The notes under the pieces: model-generated
The model's input: only the letters and a program-made list of their open reading frames with translations
The model's database searches: none
What the model was told of the DNA's origin: nothing
Assembly: GCA_964036045.1 (NCBI GenBank)
Contig: OZ038378.1
Span: forward strand, 157,542,001-157,606,000
Reading direction: 5' to 3'
From: Eutreptiella sp. 'Long Island Sound 2002'
Taxonomy: Eukaryota > Protista > Euglenida
DNA: 64,000 nucleotides
Shown here: piece by piece, positions 60,431 through 64,000 of the stretch
How positions within the stretch are numbered: the first letter of the stretch is position 1
Layout of the letters: each line of letters begins with the position of its first letter
Program-made: the position numbers and the translations under genes

Positions 60431-62287
60431 TGGGGAACAAAATCAGAAAAGGCTACCCATTCAACCTTACATTTGATCTCTTGAGGAATTTTTCAGCATT
60501 TTGCCAATAAACATGTGGGGCAAACCCCCAAAAGTCGCTCTCAGCCGAGGGCGGCAACCTTCCCCGGGGGCCATTGGCGCCAGTATCCCTAAGGCACTGT
60601 GCACCTAAACCCAGGGGGGTCGCAGCCGGGCACAGTAGCCCCCCTGTGGAACTATGCTTTGAGATGTGTTCTTGAGGGGGGGTGCGGGGGCTTGGGTACC
60701 CGAGATTGGACCTGGCTCCCCGTGCTTCTCTTTGTCTTTTGCCTGTTGCTGGCGGGTGTTGCCGCCTCTGTTGTAGGTGGGGGGACACACTGTGCCCAAT
60801 CGTCCGGGAATTGTCTGCCCCCCCTCCCCACCCCACCCTCGCATTCGGGGTTCCCTGGGTATCTTGAATGCATGGTGTTGTTTAGAGGGCTCATGGTGTG
60901 TGGAGCTTTTGATGGGAGATCTTTGGTTTTTGAGAAGGGTGCCAGGACCACGAAAGTTGCAGGCACCCAAAGCTGGCGCTGGGCGGCGCGCCGCTTGAAG
61001 CAGCACCCCGTGGGGCCTACAAGTGATGTGTGCCCCAATTGTGGGGCCTGTAGACCGATTCAGACCGCATTTAGACTGAACCCACGTTCAAGTGTTTGGC
61101 TGATCTCTGATGCCCGCAGCTCCTAATTTCTTCTCACCATTGCCATGGCCGGCAGCACCCAAACTCAATACTATAAAAATGTTGAGCAGGGGCGCGCGGC
61201 CGCACCCTTAACAAAGAATGACACTGATAACAAAAAGAGTGAAGGATGGGGGGCTAAACAAGGGTTTCTTCGGTACCTTGCTTAGATGGAGCACAACTAC
61301 CAGAAAACACAAGTAGCTGGATGGGCTGTGGTGTGGCCGTTGGCAGAACTACTGGAGGGAGCTGCAACTGATGCCGTTAATTCCGGAACATTTACCGGTT
61401 CCACATGTTGGAGTTGCCAGCCAAAGGTGTCATCCAGTGGGAGATTGTCTGCAGATTATCCTCTAATTCTCCAATACAGCATATTATTATGAAGTATTAA
61501 ACTGTGCAAGCTTCGATGGCCCTTCGTAATTGATCCGGGTTGTGGGGCCAGCTGCTGGCCCACCTGGTATGTGTTCCCATGCCCTTACAGCATTTGTTGA
61601 TCACTTTTCAAATTCAAAACGGATTCATTGTATCCCCACACAACCTGCATGCGGAGGGTACCCAGAACTCCCTTTCACATACATGCAGCAAATGCGAATC
61701 ATTCAATATTGATAGGGCGGGTGGCTGCATGCGTAGTAAATTACGGCCGGCATGCAACGCTTGGCATTGAAGACAATAGTGGGTTCGGGATTGGGATTGG
61801 GGGTACTGATTTGAGCTCTCTTGAGCTCGACAGTGAGAAGACTGAGTTTTGTAGATGCAATCAGTGACATCAATTTGTGACCATTCTCCTACTTCAGTCA
61901 GCCACTATAGCAGAGAAAAAAAAGAGCTAGACAGGAAAAATGAGCCTCTGAAACGGTGAGAGGTTACTGCTTGCGCCCATGCCTGCTTGGCCGCCGTGTC
62001 CACTTAGGCTCACCCGTGTGTCGCAGGCTGGTTTGAGTGGAGCAAGGCGAACGGCGCTGTATGATGCTCGTCAAGATGGCCGTTTCCTCAGACCAGTCGT
62101 GTTAAGAAACACGGGCCAGACAACCTGGGCCCAGGTGCCCAGGCAGCCTAGGCACCAGCCAAACGAGGAATACGGGAGCCCTTGGGCCAGCACACAATCA
62201 AGCGTAGCTGGTCCCACTTTTAGTGTGCGAAACACCGCCCTGTGCGTATATTTCCTCACATCAGACCGCAACGCGCAACACAGACGG

Positions 62288-64000
62288 CTAACCGAGAAGC
62301 AGGGTCGCCGCGCGGTCCACGTTCCCACGAGCAGTAATCAGGGCGTTTCGTACCAGCACCTCATCGACGCCGAAACACTCCGTGAGGTTGCGCACTGCTG
62401 CCTCATCCACGCCGAGGTGGGCTAATGGGCGCCCCGCGTCGTAGTCTTCATGCGCGGCGCGAAGCACAGCTGTCACGCCCGCGGCATCAAGACCGCCCCG
62501 CGCACACGCGTAGCCTATGAGGGTATGTAGCTGCGTGCTCTTTCCGGTAGCGTCTCTGCGGCGTGCATCGACCTTACTGCGCTGCGGGCCGTTGCGGTCA
62601 CCCGGCCAAAGATTCTCCAGGTAGCGCTCCGTCAAGTGCTCGCTCGCCATCACGGCACCGGGACCGGTCCCTGGGAGGCTTGAGCCGATAGCGATGATCT
62701 CGGTCCAGCCGTTCCCGTGGACATGGCCTTGAACGAACCTCCCCTCGGCGTCGTTCCAGCTCTCCGTCCAGATATGGTCGTTGTCAACGCTGATCACGTA
62801 TCTGTTCCCGACGCCCATGTACCCGGCGAACCACACTTTCATGTCGGACTGCTCTCCGCAGCGCCGGCCCCAATTGTTCGGATTGAGGCAGATTTCGGGC
62901 GCCTGCGATCGCCACCACCGCGTCTGCTTTCCGCAGTCGGCGCAGTGCAGGACATAGACCCGGCCTTCGAGGTTGAATTGCCGGTTCTTCTCGTCGTCCG
63001 TCCTTGGGGCGTCCACTGTCGTCCTCCCTTTCTGGCTGCCGCATTCCAGGCAGCGGGACTGCTTGTACCCGAACATCCAGTTCATCAGGTTCAGACTCGA
63101 CATCTTGTTCCACAGTTCGGCGGGCCCCGGCGCCGGCCGCCCCTCGGCCTCGGCCTCTCTGGCAGCAACTGCTTTGACATGCTGAACAACGTCGAGCCAC
63201 GTGTGGCCCTCCTCGGCAGGAAGGCCAAACTTCTCCGCGACACCCGGACTGATCACCCACCGGCGCATTGCTGCCTCGCTCCGCTCCTGGGTATAGCCGT
63301 GGTAGAAGCGCTCCTTATTGCGACACTGCCACACTTTGTGCCGCAGGGCGAGGGTGGCGGCGACACGGTACCCATCATCTCCGCCACCTTCTGCAGCGAC
63401 CAGTACGGTGAGAGCGGCCCTGTCGAGGTCGGCCGCTAAATGGGGGAACTGCGACACGGCGACTGCTGCCCCAAGCTGCGCTGCAGCCAACTCCACGGCT
63501 ACTGCCGGTGGCACGTGTGCCGCTTCTGCGGCGGCCACGAGTTCCGCGTCTTCATTGGCAAGGCGGCGCGCCATCTCCTCATCGACCGCGAGCTGCGCTG
63601 CAACACCCTCTGCCGGCTTCTCTGCCCCCTCCATCGTGTGTTGCTCCAGCGTCAAGCTTGCCCCAGCCACTTCGTCACCTCCAAAGCTCACAATGGGGAA
63701 TAGGGGCTCGGCCGGTAGGCTGCCAGTGAACGCATTCACTGACCCCTCACCCCCTTGGCCGTTCACAAGGAAGGCAACAGTGTGGGCTTCGCAGTCCACC
63801 TCAACCTGGATCACATCTCCCTCACGTGCGGCAGGGAGGCCTGTAGGGGTCCACACCCCATTATGCCATTTGCAGATCTCATCGGCATACACAATAATCA
63901 CCCATGCGCAGCCGACTTGATATGCTCCCCCGCCATTGCCCTCGTGCCAGTCGCGCTGTAGCATGCCGGTCGCGACGCCAACACAGAAACGGCCCGGCTT
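62288..64000 (-). CDS. SPRY / UIM-like / PNGase(NGLY1)-like transglutaminase core / UBA protein, 5'-partial, no introns in the visible 1.7 kb
   Basis: Frame stays open to 64000 (KPGRFCVGVATG..). SPRY: GDVIQVEVDCEAHTVAFLVNG..LFPIVSF. UIM-like: QLAVDEEMARRLANE. Zn pairs CLEC and CADC. PNGase-like: GRRCGE..RYV..DHIWTE..GRF. UBA: FGVDEVLVRNALITARGNVDRAATLLL. Stop TAA. Confidence 0.85.
   Translation of the reverse strand, partial: KPGRFCVGVATGMLQRDWHEGNGGGAYQVGCAWVIIVYADEICKWHNGVWTPTGLPAAREGDVIQVEVDCEAHTVAFLVNGQGGEGSVNAFTGSLPAEPLFPIVSFGGDEVAGASLTLEQHTMEGAEKPAEGVAAQLAVDEEMARRLANEDAELVAAAEAAHVPPAVAVELAAAQLGAAVAVSQFPHLAADLDRAALTVLVAAEGGGDDGYRVAATLALRHKVWQCRNKERFYHGYTQERSEAAMRRWVISPGVAEKFGLPAEEGHTWLDVVQHVKAVAAREAEAEGRPAPGPAELWNKMSSLNLMNWMFGYKQSRCLECGSQKGRTTVDAPRTDDEKNRQFNLEGRVYVLHCADCGKQTRWWRSQAPEICLNPNNWGRRCGEQSDMKVWFAGYMGVGNRYVISVDNDHIWTESWNDAEGRFVQGHVHGNGWTEIIAIGSSLPGTGPGAVMASEHLTERYLENLWPGDRNGPQRSKVDARRRDATGKSTQLHTLIGYACARGGLDAAGVTAVLRAAHEDYDAGRPLAHLGVDEAAVRNLTECFGVDEVLVRNALITARGNVDRAATLLLG

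Noticed and set aside
62717-63961. Plus-strand ORFs of 240, 200 and 70 aa
   Set aside because: Antisense shadows of the SPRY-PNGase-like-UBA gene

Overview
Eukaryotic, repeat-rich (roughly 50-55% GC by eye), intron-rich genomic DNA with GT-AG introns, TTAGGG-like tracts, long poly-G/poly-C runs and many dispersed repeats. The repeat families resemble those I recall from euglenid (Eutreptiella-type) sequence; that assignment is inference only. Five or six protein-coding loci can be supported. (1) A multi-exon polytopic membrane protein gene (+, 970-20354, 5' end outside the window) whose exons align in order with the C-terminal half of plant NO EXINE FORMATION 1 (NEF1). (2) A DUF4203/TMEM198-like membrane protein (+, from 28122). 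(3) A long terminal exon encoding an alpha-helical/coiled-coil protein (+, 31578-33632). (4) A probable terminal exon with one in-frame TGA (+, 35518-36000). (5) A large multi-exon gene on the minus strand (~45.1-57.1 kb, product uncertain). (6) An uninterrupted minus-strand ORF at the right edge (62288->64000) with SPRY, UIM-like, PNGase/transglutaminase-like and UBA modules and an altered catalytic triad; this is the most novel-looking item. Introns and intergenic DNA are filled with mini/microsatellites, MITE-like elements with identifiable TIRs/TSDs (hAT-, Harbinger-, TA-target- and Mutator-like), a tRNA-derived head, a telomere-repeat-headed dispersed element and decayed transposase/recombinase fragments. 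No CRISPR array, rRNA or intact autonomous transposon was found. All homology calls come from motif recognition by eye and recalled sequences, not database searches.
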